64,000 bases of DNA. Origin: Candidatus Melainabacteria bacterium 17Bon1m (lineage in GTDB: Bacteria > Cyanobacteriota > Vampirovibrionia > Obscuribacterales > Obscuribacteraceae). Of the stretch, positions 8,655 through 19,289 are shown piece after piece. Under the pieces are notes generated by a model, which saw only the letters and a list, made by a program, of their open reading frames with translations, searched no databases and was not told the origin of the DNA. Each line of letters starts with the position of its first letter. Positions within the stretch are counted from its first letter, which is position 1. A program made the position numbers and the translations under genes. The DNA is taken from positions 128,001 through 192,000 of the forward strand of contig JAVLKG010000006.1 of the NCBI GenBank assembly GCA_032128875.1, written 5' to 3'.

Positions 8655-11507
8655 TTAAACCTCAAAAAGTGCAGTGTCGCCTTCAGCCCTAAGGCTTTCG
8701 CGAGTAACCCGCCAATTGATGTTGGACGCAAGATGCGCCAAAACATCGCTCGGCTTAACGTGCTGGCTAGGTCCTGTTGCCAGCAAAAGCTCCACATAAG
8801 GCTCCGAATTTTTGGAATTTTCCGAGACTGAGATGGAGATCACTCCCGGACGAATATCTTTCGATTTACCGTCCGCATTGAAGACCGGGAGCGAGTCGGC
8901 GTTTTTAAGCGCCAAAACTCTTTCTTTGAGGAAACTCAAGAGCTTGTCCTTGTCGGTTGGTGCCAGAACCGGTTTCGGTGCAGAACTTGAATTGACATTC
9001 GCTTCGCTTGTCGATGACAAAAGTTGCGAATCTCCATTTTTGTTCGGCACTGATTCAGATTCTTTTGCGCCTTCTTTCAAGGCAATCTCTTGCGATTCCT
9101 CGCAGATACTTTGTGGTAGCGCTCTATAGACGGCGCTTCTGACATATGAATTGAGCGACTTCTTGGTCTTCTCAATCCGTTTTGCACGAGTCACTTGCAC
9201 CTCAGGCGGAAGTTTCTCGTTGAGCAGTCGTTGAAACTCAGACGGCTCCAGGGCATAAACAAGTTCGATTTCTGCAACTTCCCCTTCGCCTTCTTGGAAC
9301 AGCGGAAGCGGGAGTGCCAATTCAATCTTCGGTGATGGGTTGAAACCTTGGGTGTAAGCAACTGCCATCATTGCGCGCCGTGCTGCGCGAGCAAATAAAT
9401 GCTGCAAGTCGAGGTGAGAAATGTATCTCAATTGTCCTGTTTTGTGGAATTCAAAACGCAGGACACAAGCGCTGTCGCTCAATTTCTCTTCCGGCGGCTT
9501 AGTGAAGAAGATCGATGGATGGCTGTCTTCTTGCCCATGGGCAGCCAGCTCTTTGACGAAGGGGTTGCGCTTCATTACTTCCACTTTGGGCGCAGCCAAT
9601 AAGTGTGTGGTTTTTAGCTCGGTGCAAACTCCGCACGCGTGGCAAAGGTTCTCGGTGCATGGAGCTGTCTCTTGAGTAGCGAGCGCTTTTTCCCACTCTT
9701 TCACCAACCACCAGTTGTGCAGACCAATGTGCACTACATCCCAGGGCTGATCGCTGCCGACAACTCTATCTTTGCAGGCCATGTCGATCAGGTTGAGACC
9801 CATCGATTCGGCCACTTCATTCCAGATGTGCGGTTGGAATTTGTCATCCCAGGCATCGAAAGTGCAGCCTTTTTGATATGCCTTGTAAATCATCTCGCCG
9901 ACTTGTCTGTCTCCGCGCGAAATGACCGCTTCCAACAAACTGATTTCAGCATCAGTCAGATTGAGAGTGACATTCTTCATGCGATATTCGCGCATCTTTT
10001 CGCGCAGTACAGCATGCTTGCGTTTGGTTTCTTCCGGTGTGAACTGTCCGAACCACTGGAATGGTGTAAACGGCTTGGGCACGAAGTTTGAAATCGTGCA
10101 GGTAAATTCGATTGCACGTCTGTACTTGGCGCGATCTGTGTTTCTGATCGCATGGCAATGACGTGTTGCTTCGTCCAGAATTTGAATGATGCCTTCGAGG
10201 TCTTCATCGCGCTCGGTCGGCAACCCGCACATAAAGTACAGCTTTATAGACGACCAGCCGGATTGATATGCCGACTCGATTGCATTGAGAATTTGTTCGT
10301 GCGAGAGACCTTTATTGATGACGGCACGCATTCTTTCTGTGCCTGCTTCCGGAGCAAGTGTGATGCCGCTCTTGCGCACCACTTTCAACTCCTCGGCAAT
10401 GTCCAGATTCATTCTATCGGCACGTTGGCTTGGGAATGAAAGAGAGGTGCGGCGCTTCGTATGCTCTTCATTGAGCGCTCTGACCGAATCATGCAGAGAT
10501 GTGTAATCGCTGACGCAAAGCGACAACATCGAGTATTCGTCATTGCCGGAATGATTGAGTGCTTCTTTAGAAAGCCTGAGAAGATCTTCTGTCTTTCTTT
10601 CGCGAACCGGCAAAAACGTATAACCAGGTTGGCAAAAACGGCAGCCACGATCGCAACCACGACGAACTTCCAATACTTCTCTATCGTGAACGAGAGCGAG
10701 ATAAGGAACGAGACCTTGAGTAGGTTGATTGTCATCGGAAAGCGGAACAGTTTGTCGCTTTACTCTTTCAGGAATGCCTTCGATTTTTGGCTGTGGCTGC
10801 GGCGATCCTTCTTTGACTTCATAAAGTGCAGGCACATAAATTCCTGGAACTTCTCTGGCCATCTTCGTCAGCAAGTCCAGTCTCAGTTGCTGCGCATGCT
10901 CTTTGTCGAGCTGTTTGAAATCAAGTCCGTCATTTTCACGCTTGAACTCAGCAATGATTTCCATCACGTGAGGCAGTGAATGTTCGCCATCGCCAATCAG
11001 GAAAAAGTCCATGAAAGACGCGAGTGGCTCTGGATTTACAGCGGACGGGCCGCCGCCGAAAATAAGCGGAAATACTTGCTCTCTTTCTTCTGATCTAATC
11101 GGAATACCGGAGAGATCGAGCAAGTTCAAAACATTGGTATAAGTAAGTTCGTACTGCAGCGAAAAACCGACCAACTCGAAATTGGCGAGCGGCTCACGAG
11201 ATTCCCAGCCGAAGAGCGGAACATGAGCTGCGCGCATCAGCGCTTCCATATCTTCTTGCGGCGCATAGCTGCGGTCGCACATCATGCCTGCTCGGTCATT
11301 GATGATTTGATAGAGAATCTTCAGACCGAAATTGGACATGCCCAATTCGTAGAGGTCCGGGAAGGTAATTGCCAATCGAACCGTGTTGGCATGAAAAGAT
11401 TTTCTGCGGGCGCCCCACTCGTTGCCGAGATACTGCCCCGGTTTGGTTGCTTTTTCCAGCAATTCGTCCAGGCGTGCTGAAATCCGCTCACCGTCGAAGT
11501 TTTTCAC
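8655..11507 (-). CDS. TIGR03960-family radical SAM protein fused to TIGR03936/DUF2344 domain
   Basis: FPDLYELGMSNFG, CDRGCRFC, FVPKPFTPFQW, C-terminal YISHLDL...YTQGFNPSP; usual neighbour of rne. Confidence 0.92.
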   Translation of the reverse strand: MKNFDGERISARLDELLEKATKPGQYLGNEWGARRKSFHANTVRLAITFPDLYELGMSNFGLKILYQIINDRAGMMCDRSYAPQEDMEALMRAAHVPLFGWESREPLANFELVGFSLQYELTYTNVLNLLDLSGIPIRSEEREQVFPLIFGGGPSAVNPEPLASFMDFFLIGDGEHSLPHVMEIIAEFKRENDGLDFKQLDKEHAQQLRLDLLTKMAREVPGIYVPALYEVKEGSPQPQPKIEGIPERVKRQTVPLSDDNQPTQGLVPYLALVHDREVLEVRRGCDRGCRFCQPGYTFLPVRERKTEDLLRLSKEALNHSGNDEYSMLSLCVSDYTSLHDSVRALNEEHTKRRTSLSFPSQRADRMNLDIAEELKVVRKSGITLAPEAGTERMRAVINKGLSHEQILNAIESAYQSGWSSIKLYFMCGLPTERDEDLEGIIQILDEATRHCHAIRNTDRAKYRRAIEFTCTISNFVPKPFTPFQWFGQFTPEETKRKHAVLREKMREYRMKNVTLNLTDAEISLLEAVISRGDRQVGEMIYKAYQKGCTFDAWDDKFQPHIWNEVAESMGLNLIDMACKDRVVGSDQPWDVVHIGLHNWWLVKEWEKALATQETAPCTENLCHACGVCTELKTTHLLAAPKVEVMKRNPFVKELAAHGQEDSHPSIFFTKPPEEKLSDSACVLRFEFHKTGQLRYISHLDLQHLFARAARRAMMAVAYTQGFNPSPKIELALPLPLFQEGEGEVAEIELVYALEPSEFQRLLNEKLPPEVQVTRAKRIEKTKKSLNSYVRSAVYRALPQSICEESQEIALKEGAKESESVPNKNGDSQLLSSTSEANVNSSSAPKPVLAPTDKDKLLSFLKERVLALKNADSLPVFNADGKSKDIRPGVISISVSENSKNSEPYVELLLATGPSQHVKPSDVLAHLASNINWRVTRESLRAEGDTALFEV

Positions 11508-12191
11508 TTCGTTGGCGATTTCACGCGAAAATTCACGCGGCCGAGTTTTACCCGTTACGGCGTTAACTATGATCCTGCTCCAGATTTTCTGAGTCGTGCA
11601 TCAAAAATTCGATTGGACTTGGTCACAAACAAATAGCGCGCAGCCCGAACTTCATACGGGCACAGCTTATAGCGCTGAGGCTCACTTACTTGAGGTTTTC
11701 GTCGCTCGGTCTGACCCAAGATGACGGGCCTTCCAAAACGGTTGTAATCAACCTGCGTTTTGATATGAGTTTCAAAAAAATCTCTTGAGTCGAGCGACCT
11801 CAAGTTACCTAATTATATCTCTTAAGGGTAGTTCTAGAGAACGGTGGCAAAACTTTAATCCGGAAGTGTCCGATAGTGAGCCATTTCGACGATTCTGCCA
11901 AGGGGTAAAACCTGCTACAGCTGCTTTTGAAGCCTTTGCGCGTGGTGGCCGTTTTGAACAAAACTGATGGAATCCGACTGCGCAGGCTGGTTTTCAGGAG
12001 CCAAAATTTACACCGGTTTGCCAAGTCACGCACTGCGAGCGCAACGACACGGTCCGTTACAATCAATAATCGTTTGAAATTCAACGTTCCGATGTTCATG
12101 AATTAAGGAAACAAACTGCCTCAACCGCTTGTCTTCCTGTGATATAGTCGGTTCATAGGCCGTTAGACAAGACCGGAAAGGACGACCGAAC

Positions 12192-12536
12192 GTGATTCTT
12201 GAGGCGTTCGCCGAATATTTGCATGCATCCGACCAGTCGATTCCAGCGACCGAAGTTTTGTCGCGCTGGATAAAAGAACGGCTCGATGCCCCGGTACTAA
12301 CTAACGTTGACCGCGTGGTGCACTGCGAAATTTCTATCGCTAAAGTTACGAATAAAGCCGACTGCAAAGAACCTGCGGCGAAGCTTGCGTTCAAAGGTAA
12401 TTCGAAGTCCGGACGACTGCTTCTGAAAAGCTTATATGAATACTGTCAGAGCTACGAGCAGCAAAAGTGGGCGCGCTACATCCATAACCTCAAAGCCAGC
12501 GACTTTCGTGCAGGCGAATTGAGAGATTCGAACTAG
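12192..12536 (+). CDS. Hypothetical protein
   Basis: 114-aa ORF with GTG start and AAAGGA RBS-like sequence. Confidence 0.6.
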   Translation: MILEAFAEYLHASDQSIPATEVLSRWIKERLDAPVLTNVDRVVHCEISIAKVTNKADCKEPAAKLAFKGNSKSGRLLLKSLYEYCQSYEQQKWARYIHNLKASDFRAGELRDSN

Positions 12537-12572
12537 TTTTCAACATAAACCTCGACCGAAATACCAAAGTGT

Positions 12573-13145
12573 TTATCGTTTTCCGAATGAAGTGACTTTA
12601 CCCTCTGGAACGTAGCGGTCCATGACCACTCGCGTATCTATTTGGTAGTCCCCGTCCGAATCAATGTTCATTCCATCAGGTCCTTGAAAGCCTGGAATGA
12701 AAGTGATTTGCCCATTACGGCGCTGCGAATTTTCGAAATAAAATCGCATGCTTCTTCCATTCAAATCAGAGAATGAACCCTTCGCCTCAATGGCTCCATC
12801 AATTCCATCGTCAAATTCCAACTTGATTTCATTTTCTCCTGATTGCTCACAATTGAAGACAGCATCCGCTTTCCCATCATAATTTCTGTCGATAGAAATT
12901 GTTTCTATCCCGCCGAAAATGTCGTAGTCGATTGTTGCTTGACCATCGGCTTGCCAATCCGAATCACGATCGATCCATATGTGACTTGGAGCGCCTGTCA
13001 GCCAGTTGTAATCGTCGACTTTGTAGTGTGGAACGGCTTTCTGGCTGTCATAAGCGTCATGCAGAAACAGTTCGTCAGAAACGAGTGCTCCGATGATGGC
13101 GGCTTCCTGATTGTTTCTGACGAAATCCAAGTCACTCATGTGCAA
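12573..13145 (-). CDS. Acidic hypothetical protein with DxDxDG-like motifs
   Basis: DRDSDWQADG, DRNYDGKAD, DSDGDYQID; GGAGG upstream of ATG at 13139. Confidence 0.6.
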   Translation of the reverse strand: MHMSDLDFVRNNQEAAIIGALVSDELFLHDAYDSQKAVPHYKVDDYNWLTGAPSHIWIDRDSDWQADGQATIDYDIFGGIETISIDRNYDGKADAVFNCEQSGENEIKLEFDDGIDGAIEAKGSFSDLNGRSMRFYFENSQRRNGQITFIPGFQGPDGMNIDSDGDYQIDTRVVMDRYVPEGKVTSFGKR

Positions 13146-13386
13146 ACCTCCGCTTTGAACTTAGTCAATTCGCTTTCATCACCTTATAAGTTCGGTTGGA
13201 CATTGCCGGGACAAAATTCCCACTTGTCGAAGATGCAAGATTGGGCCTTAAACGTTTGTTGCAGACCGGATTTAGGCAGCAGGCGGAGTTTTGGCGTTTT
13301 CGTCGACGTTTGGAACATAACCGCTCGGATTCTGGTCTAGAATACTGTGCGCGCAGAAAATAGCCGCGAAACCGGGGCATTGCTTT

Positions 13387-13878
13387 ATGGCAGTTACAGA
13401 TTACTCAAAAAACTCGACAGCAAGAAGTGGGTGGAAACACACGACTGCACTCGTATTTGCTCTCAGCTGTTCTATTGTTGCTGCAATGGCTGCTGAAAAT
13501 CTGCGTTTAAAAGATGGCGTTTCCTTTGTGCAAGATACCGACAACGGCTTTCCAATTGTCGGCGACAAAATGGATGATGCCAATTTAGAACAAGCGAAGC
13601 CAACTTTGATTTTTTTTGGTGCGGCCGGCGATCTTAATACGAACCGTCAGGCAAAACGGCTCGTAGATTTGTACAAGAAGATTCAAGACAAAGTCAAAGT
13701 GATTGTCATTGATGTTGATCACCCGGCCAATGCGAATGCGCTCAAACTGATTAAGAGCTACTACAAAGGCTACATTCCGCTGAATGTCGTACTCGATAAA
13801 GATGGAAAACTTTCAACAAGCCATTCGGGAGAGATTGACACTGGCGATCTGAAATCAAAGGTTGACCGCGTTCTTTGA
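13387..13878 (+). CDS. Secreted thioredoxin-fold protein lacking CxxC
   Basis: Signal-like N-terminus; KPTLIFF...VIVIDVD...YIPLNVVLDKDGK TlpA-like pattern; no Cys at the active-site position. Confidence 0.7.
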   Translation: MAVTDYSKNSTARSGWKHTTALVFALSCSIVAAMAAENLRLKDGVSFVQDTDNGFPIVGDKMDDANLEQAKPTLIFFGAAGDLNTNRQAKRLVDLYKKIQDKVKVIVIDVDHPANANALKLIKSYYKGYIPLNVVLDKDGKLSTSHSGEIDTGDLKSKVDRVL

Positions 13879-14697
13879 CGCGAGAAACTTCCTTACTATG
13901 TCCTTCGGCAATGAAATGGAACCAGCGGTTGCCGCGTATTCCTTGTAAGGACCGTGGCAGTCAGAGCCGCCGGTTACGATAAGCGAATTGCGCTCGGCAA
14001 ATCGTATGTACTGACGTACTAAATTGACCGAATGCATTCGGTGGAAAGCTTCCACGCCTGCTAGTCCTTGCTTCTTTAGAGCCAGAATATATTCCAGCAT
14101 CTCAGGTGATTTGCCTGGATGAGCAATGGACGCAAAACCGCCGGCGCCATTAATCGCATCAATTGCTTCTTGTGGCGAAACACTTTCCCTTCGAACATAG
14201 AAGGGCGACTCTTTGCAAACATACTTTTCGTACGCTTCCATAAGGTCTTCCGCCATGCCGCATTCGACCATGCATTGCGTGATATGGGCTTTTCCTATAG
14301 AACCCAAGCCAGCCTTATCGCGGAGCATTTGCATGGTGAGCGGGTGACCGGCCGCCTGCAAGTTTTTCACCATCTTTTCGACATGTTCGTTGCGTGCTCG
14401 CCGCTGTCGAGCTAAAACTTCTTGCAACTTCTGATTGGTTTGATCGATGAAATAGCCCAGTATATGGACGTCTTTGTGTGTGCCGTCCGGCTCTCGCCTG
14501 ATCGTGTTGATCTCCACGCCTGGAATGATTTCAATCCTTCCTTGCGCTGCTTCGATGCCTTCATTGATACCATATGTAGTATCGTGATCTGTTATCGACA
14601 TGTGAGTAAGCTTTATTTTTACAGCATGCTCAACCAGCTCCTTGGGAGACCAAGTGCCGTCTGAGTGGTGAGTATGCAGGTGAAAGTCGGCTTGCAT
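13855..14697 (-). CDS. PHP-domain phosphoesterase (TrpH/YciV-like)
   Basis: DFHLHTHHSDG, ITDHD, GVEI, VHILGY, AHPG, GGSDCHG. Confidence 0.93.
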   Translation of the reverse strand: MQADFHLHTHHSDGTWSPKELVEHAVKIKLTHMSITDHDTTYGINEGIEAAQGRIEIIPGVEINTIRREPDGTHKDVHILGYFIDQTNQKLQEVLARQRRARNEHVEKMVKNLQAAGHPLTMQMLRDKAGLGSIGKAHITQCMVECGMAEDLMEAYEKYVCKESPFYVRRESVSPQEAIDAINGAGGFASIAHPGKSPEMLEYILALKKQGLAGVEAFHRMHSVNLVRQYIRFAERNSLIVTGGSDCHGPYKEYAATAGSISLPKDIVRKFLASKNAVNL

Positions 14698-14721
14698 TAG
14701 CTGATTGAAAGCAGCGAGCGG

Positions 14722-15558
14722 CTAACCAATCGACATAATTTCTTGAGTCGATTTGGCCGAAAGCTGTGCTGATTCCCTATATTGAACGCGTTCTATTGAA
14801 TTTGCTTTGCCTGTCTTTGAATCTATATTTAGCAAAACACCGCAAAGAAGAGCTGGACCTTCTGCGACTTCAAAGCGCGTCGGCAACTGCTTGATCATGC
14901 GTCTGAACACGCCCGCTTTTTCCATGCCAATGACACCATCCGCCGGACCACATGCACCGGCATCAGTAATATAAGCGGTTCCTTCAGGCAGAATCCGTTC
15001 GTCTGCAGTTTGAATATGCGTGTGCGTTCCCAACACAGCTGACACTCGACCATCCAAATAGAAACCCAGCGCGACCTTTTCGGCTGTAGCTTCAGCATGA
15101 ATGTCGACGATGATGACTTTTGTTTCTTTCTGTAATTCGGGCAGATATTTGTCTGCGGCAAGAAAGGGATTTTCGAGCGGTTCCATAAAAACCCGCCCAA
15201 TCAAATTTAGAATGCCGACTTTCTGATCGGCCACCTCGACAATGCAGTATCCCTTGCCTGGTGTACCGGCCGGATAATTCGCAGGGCGAATCACATTCAC
15301 TTGCTTGTCGATGAATTCGAGTAATTCTTTACGATCAAATGTATGATTTCCGCCAGTGAACGCCTGAACCCCAGCTGTGCGCAGCTCTTCGAGGTTTGCC
15401 TCTGTTGTTCCAAATCCATGCGCAGAGTTCTCTGCATTGGCGATAATCAGGTCAGGCTTACTCGTGAGTCCGGCGAGATAGCGTCTGACGACCTGACGAC
15501 CAGGCTTGCCGATGATATCTCCCAGAAAGAGGATTTGCAGATTGTTGTTCAAAGCCAT
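14722..15558 (-). CDS. ymdB: TIGR00282/YmdB metallophosphoesterase
   Basis: LGDIIGKPGR, ANAENSAHG, GGNHTFD, DIHAEATAEK, GTHTHIQTAD. Confidence 0.93.
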   Translation of the reverse strand: MALNNNLQILFLGDIIGKPGRQVVRRYLAGLTSKPDLIIANAENSAHGFGTTEANLEELRTAGVQAFTGGNHTFDRKELLEFIDKQVNVIRPANYPAGTPGKGYCIVEVADQKVGILNLIGRVFMEPLENPFLAADKYLPELQKETKVIIVDIHAEATAEKVALGFYLDGRVSAVLGTHTHIQTADERILPEGTAYITDAGACGPADGVIGMEKAGVFRRMIKQLPTRFEVAEGPALLCGVLLNIDSKTGKANSIERVQYRESAQLSAKSTQEIMSIG

Positions 15559-15656
15559 GACCGTTGCGAAACCTTTTCTTAAGTGAATCTGTTCAAAAAT
15601 ATAGAAACGTTGTACGTCTCCGGACGTCTTTTATACAATACCTTCGAGATCATTAT

Positions 15657-16643
15657 ATGCCGCAGCGCCCGACAACACACAAAGATTTGCACAGAGCCGC
15701 CATGGGCTTGGCTTTTGCACTTGTATATCTTCTCGAGATGCAGGGCGCAGGCGCTGAAACCCCGGCGCAGGCTGCATCGCCAGGCGTTGCTCCCAAGTCG
15801 TCTCAATCAAAGCTTGTAAAGAAAGAACCTGCTAAGGCTGCTCCGATCGCGGTATCAGCTGCCAAGTCCGAGTCGGCAAAAGCAGTGTCTATACCAATCA
15901 AGCCAATTGTCTCTCCGTCAGCCAAGCTTCCTGTGCCGGAGATTAATGCTCCGCATAGCAAGTCTGGAAAACTACGCGAGATACCACAATCAACATTGAA
16001 TGGCGAGCAAGCTGCTCCTGTGAAGGCTGATATGAAGCCTAATATGAAGTCGGATGCTCAACAAATTTCAAATCCAAACGTTAAGCAGACCGGAAAGCCT
16101 GATACTAAGCCAGTTGCGAACTCAGATGTGAAAGCTGAGAAAAAGCCAGCTTCAACGTCTGAGAAGAAAACAGCATCTGTGAAGCCAAAGAAAACGGTCT
16201 CTACTCCGCGATTGAATAATGGCTTGGTTCCTCCGCCTCCTCCTGTTATGCCTATAGGTATGGACGCTTTAGGCATGTACGGTGCACCGGTTGACTATCT
16301 TTCTTTGAAAGAACTTGAAGGAAGGAAGAAAGAATTGACCGCCCGCTTCAATGAGTTGAATTCGATTGTCGGTGACGGCGAAAGGCAAATCAAAGAGCGA
16401 AAGGATAAAGCTGAATTGTTTGAGTCTCTCTATCAGGAAGGCGTGGTCAGCCGCAGGGAATTGGAAGCAGCAAAGAGAGAAGCCGGCGAAATTGACCGCG
16501 ACCTTAAATTCAAGCTCGACGAATTCGAATCAGTGAAGATCTCCATGAAGGCTGTAAACAACAGGCTCGCCATGCTGAAGAAACAAGAAGAGAAGATGAA
16601 TTCAAGCAAAAAGAACTCTAAGGCCGTTGCGAAGAAGAAGTAA
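15657..16643 (+). CDS. Exported hypothetical protein with Pro/Lys linker and C-terminal coiled coil
   Basis: Hydrophobic N-terminal segment; LYQEGVVSRRELEAA resembles membrane-fusion-protein hairpin tip; start uncertain (ORF open from 15564). Confidence 0.65.
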   Translation: MPQRPTTHKDLHRAAMGLAFALVYLLEMQGAGAETPAQAASPGVAPKSSQSKLVKKEPAKAAPIAVSAAKSESAKAVSIPIKPIVSPSAKLPVPEINAPHSKSGKLREIPQSTLNGEQAAPVKADMKPNMKSDAQQISNPNVKQTGKPDTKPVANSDVKAEKKPASTSEKKTASVKPKKTVSTPRLNNGLVPPPPPVMPIGMDALGMYGAPVDYLSLKELEGRKKELTARFNELNSIVGDGERQIKERKDKAELFESLYQEGVVSRRELEAAKREAGEIDRDLKFKLDEFESVKISMKAVNNRLAMLKKQEEKMNSSKKNSKAVAKKK

Positions 16644-17265
16644 GCAACATTCGTGCACCAGATTTGGTGCCTAGTTGAAAACCGTTCTCTACCTGTATCT
16701 AGAGCGGCTGAATTCAGATCATTCAGATCATATTGTTTGGTAAAGTTCGACGCCCGCCAGTTGCGCCACCCCGCTTTTTCAATTTTGAGGCAGAAAGATT
16801 AGAAGTTGGCGCATGGTTCCAAAAAAAGGCTGCCAAAGTGGCTGGAATCTTGACCTGTTCTTGCTTTTCAGATGCCAAAGCCGAAGTCCCTTGCTGGGCT
16901 GGAGATTCGATGAACGGCAGTTAGACTTTGGTTGTTAAGAGGAGCTGTTCAAGGCTGTTTAGACCACTTTCTTTATTGGCGATAATTTCAAGAGCCGCTT
17001 CAGATGAGACGGGAGTCATATTCGGTGTTTTGATTAAACGTGGAAACGGAGACTATGAAACCGTTCTCAGGTTGCAAAGGGTAAACAGGAATGGATCGTT
17101 AAAAGCGGCTCACTGTGCCGTTTTTGTCGATACTATTGTGAGCACGGAAACGTTGCTGGCGCAGACAAGCCGCATTAACACTGGGTTTCGCTACCGCGGG
17201 ACCAGATATCGGCTGCGCAGGGACAAGGTAACGCTTTCAAACTTACAAACACTAGGAGTGACTAA

Positions 17266-17790
17266 ATGTATTTCAATCGTACAATCAGAAATTTCCAATC
17301 GATGAATAAACCGGTAAACCGTTATTTCGAAAACCGCCACCTTCATACTTTTGGTTCTGAGCTGACCAACTGGAACTGGCAGCAGCACGTAAACTACAGC
17401 GCACCCGAAACCGATGTTCTCGAACTCGACGAACAATACCTCCTCGAAATCGCTCTGCCGGGCGTAACCCTCGATGATGTAGAACTGAAAATTGAAGATA
17501 ACTTGCTCACTATGATCGCGAAGCGCACTCCTTCGTTGTTCGAAGAAAGAGCACAGTACCTGCAAAAAGAGCTTCCTTGCTTCTTGATTCGTGAATTCTA
17601 CTTCGAACAAGAAATCCTCCACGATCAAATTGAAGCTCGCTTGGATCGCGGCATCCTCTTCATCAGCATTCCGAAGATGGAAGTCGCCACCCGCATTCCT
17701 GTTTCCGTAGGAACCATGGACATGCACCTTCCTGGTTTGAAGACCAGAAAAGAAACCGTACGCAGCGGCAAAGAAGTCACCATCAAGTAA
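17266..17790 (+). CDS. Hsp20/alpha-crystallin small heat-shock protein
   Basis: PETDVLE...LPGV...IEARLDRGILFISIPK; AGGAG RBS. Confidence 0.92.
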   Translation: MYFNRTIRNFQSMNKPVNRYFENRHLHTFGSELTNWNWQQHVNYSAPETDVLELDEQYLLEIALPGVTLDDVELKIEDNLLTMIAKRTPSLFEERAQYLQKELPCFLIREFYFEQEILHDQIEARLDRGILFISIPKMEVATRIPVSVGTMDMHLPGLKTRKETVRSGKEVTIK

Positions 17791-17834
17791 CTTCAGCTGA
17801 CGGTTCTCCTACTTTCAGGTAAGAGAGAAGAATT

Positions 17835-17862
17835 AGAGAGGGGAGCGATCCCCTCTCTTTTT
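17835..17862 (+). terminator. Rho-independent terminator of hsp20
   Basis: AGAGAGGGGA-GCGA-TCCCCTCTCT followed by T run. Confidence 0.85.
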
Positions 17863-17897
17863 GCATGCTTGTCTGATTATGCGAGGGGCTGTAACAG

Positions 17898-17922
17898 AAA
17901 GAGGCGCATCGCGCGCCTCTTT
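17898..17922 (-). terminator. Terminator hairpin downstream of the WG-repeat gene
   Basis: AAAGAGGCGC-N5-GCGCCTCTTT. Confidence 0.65.
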
Positions 17923-17949
17923 GAAGTTCCTAACCTATCAGTTCGATGA

Positions 17950-19023
17950 TTAGTCGACTTGTACAGCTGCTAATTCTTCTTTGAATTCGGTGGCAGCTTG
18001 GTACTTGGGTTCGATTACCAATTTTCCTTTTTGATCTATATAACCCCACTTGCCGTCTTTGATTCTTACAGCGGCAAGTTTTTCGGTGAATGAATGAGCA
18101 TTCGGGAATTTAGGCTCAATCACCATTTTCCCTTTCGGATCAACATAACCATAGCCATCTTTCGTTCGCACCAGTGCAAGACCGCCATTGAATTTTTCGG
18201 CCGCGAGATATTTTGCAGGGATGATGAATTTGCCTGATTTATCTACAAATCCCCATTGACCCTTAGTCTCGATTACTGAGAGTCCATCAGCAAATAGCGA
18301 TGGTGCTTCGAGCTTTTCTCTATACACAATCACTCCAGCTTTATCGATCAGGCCGAATCGATTGTCCAGAGTCGTAACTTCGGCAATGCAATCTTTGTCG
18401 TGCGGACTGGCTTCTGCAAATTTCTCTTTGATGATTACTTTGCCATTTTCGTCTACATAACCCCAGCCGGCGTCTGTCTTGAACGCGCCCAATCCACAAG
18501 AGAATTTGCCGACGTCTTTGTATCCTTCGGCGATTTTCTTATTCTCTTTGGTTATATACGACCAGGTATTTCCTTCTTTGACACCTGCAAAACCTTCGCT
18601 AAATTCGTTTGCGCCGTCATAGTCGAGAGGAATCACCAACTTGCCGGTTTTGTCGATATATCCCCATTTCCCATTTGTGCTTACGGCGGCCATGCCATCA
18701 GAAAATGGAGTGACGACATCGTATTTCGGTTCGATAACTACTTTGCCTGTTTTGTCTATATAGCCCCAGCGCCTGTCTTGGACCACTGCGGCAAGACCTT
18801 CAGAGAAAGGTTTGACGGCTTCGTATTTCGGCTCAATTACGACCTTGCCGGCGGCATCGACGAATCCCCACTTGTTGTGCGGATCGAAAGGTTCTTTTTC
18901 AGTTAGAACCTTCGGAGGGGTTGTGCAAGCTACGAATGCCAGCGAACAAAAAGTAAGCAGCACAGATTTCGATAAGCGGTTCACTTTGCGCACTCCACGA
19001 GACAAACAGGCAAACCAAAACAA
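17950..19023 (-). CDS. WG-repeat putative lipoprotein (start probably GTG at 18984)
   Basis: Repeated WGYIDKTGKVVIEPKY...FSEGLAAV units; LAFVAC lipobox-like. Confidence 0.92.
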   Translation of the reverse strand: MFWFACLSRGVRKVNRLSKSVLLTFCSLAFVACTTPPKVLTEKEPFDPHNKWGFVDAAGKVVIEPKYEAVKPFSEGLAAVVQDRRWGYIDKTGKVVIEPKYDVVTPFSDGMAAVSTNGKWGYIDKTGKLVIPLDYDGANEFSEGFAGVKEGNTWSYITKENKKIAEGYKDVGKFSCGLGAFKTDAGWGYVDENGKVIIKEKFAEASPHDKDCIAEVTTLDNRFGLIDKAGVIVYREKLEAPSLFADGLSVIETKGQWGFVDKSGKFIIPAKYLAAEKFNGGLALVRTKDGYGYVDPKGKMVIEPKFPNAHSFTEKLAAVRIKDGKWGYIDQKGKLVIEPKYQAATEFKEELAAVQVD

Positions 19024-19289
19024 TCAGCTGGGCTGATTAAGATGCAGGTCGCAATCGATTTTTGGTAAAGAGTAAGAGACACCTAACTCCATCTTCTAAT
19101 ATACCCCTACTATCGCCTAGGGTTAAGGGGATTTGGAGCAAGAAATGGTGCCTTTTTTGCGGTTCGGTTCGAAAAGCCTCAACTGGCGAGCTTTACCAGC
19201 TTCAAAATTCCGTTGCGATTGCACTTCGGGATGTTCTTTATTAGCCGCTCGGGCGGACAGTAATTACTGATAATTCTGTCGCCACAAGA

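Noticed and set aside
16644-17265. CIRCE element, RNA thermometer or small ORFs upstream of hsp20
   Set aside because: No TTAGCACTC-N9-GAGTGCTAA and no convincing structure or coding signal
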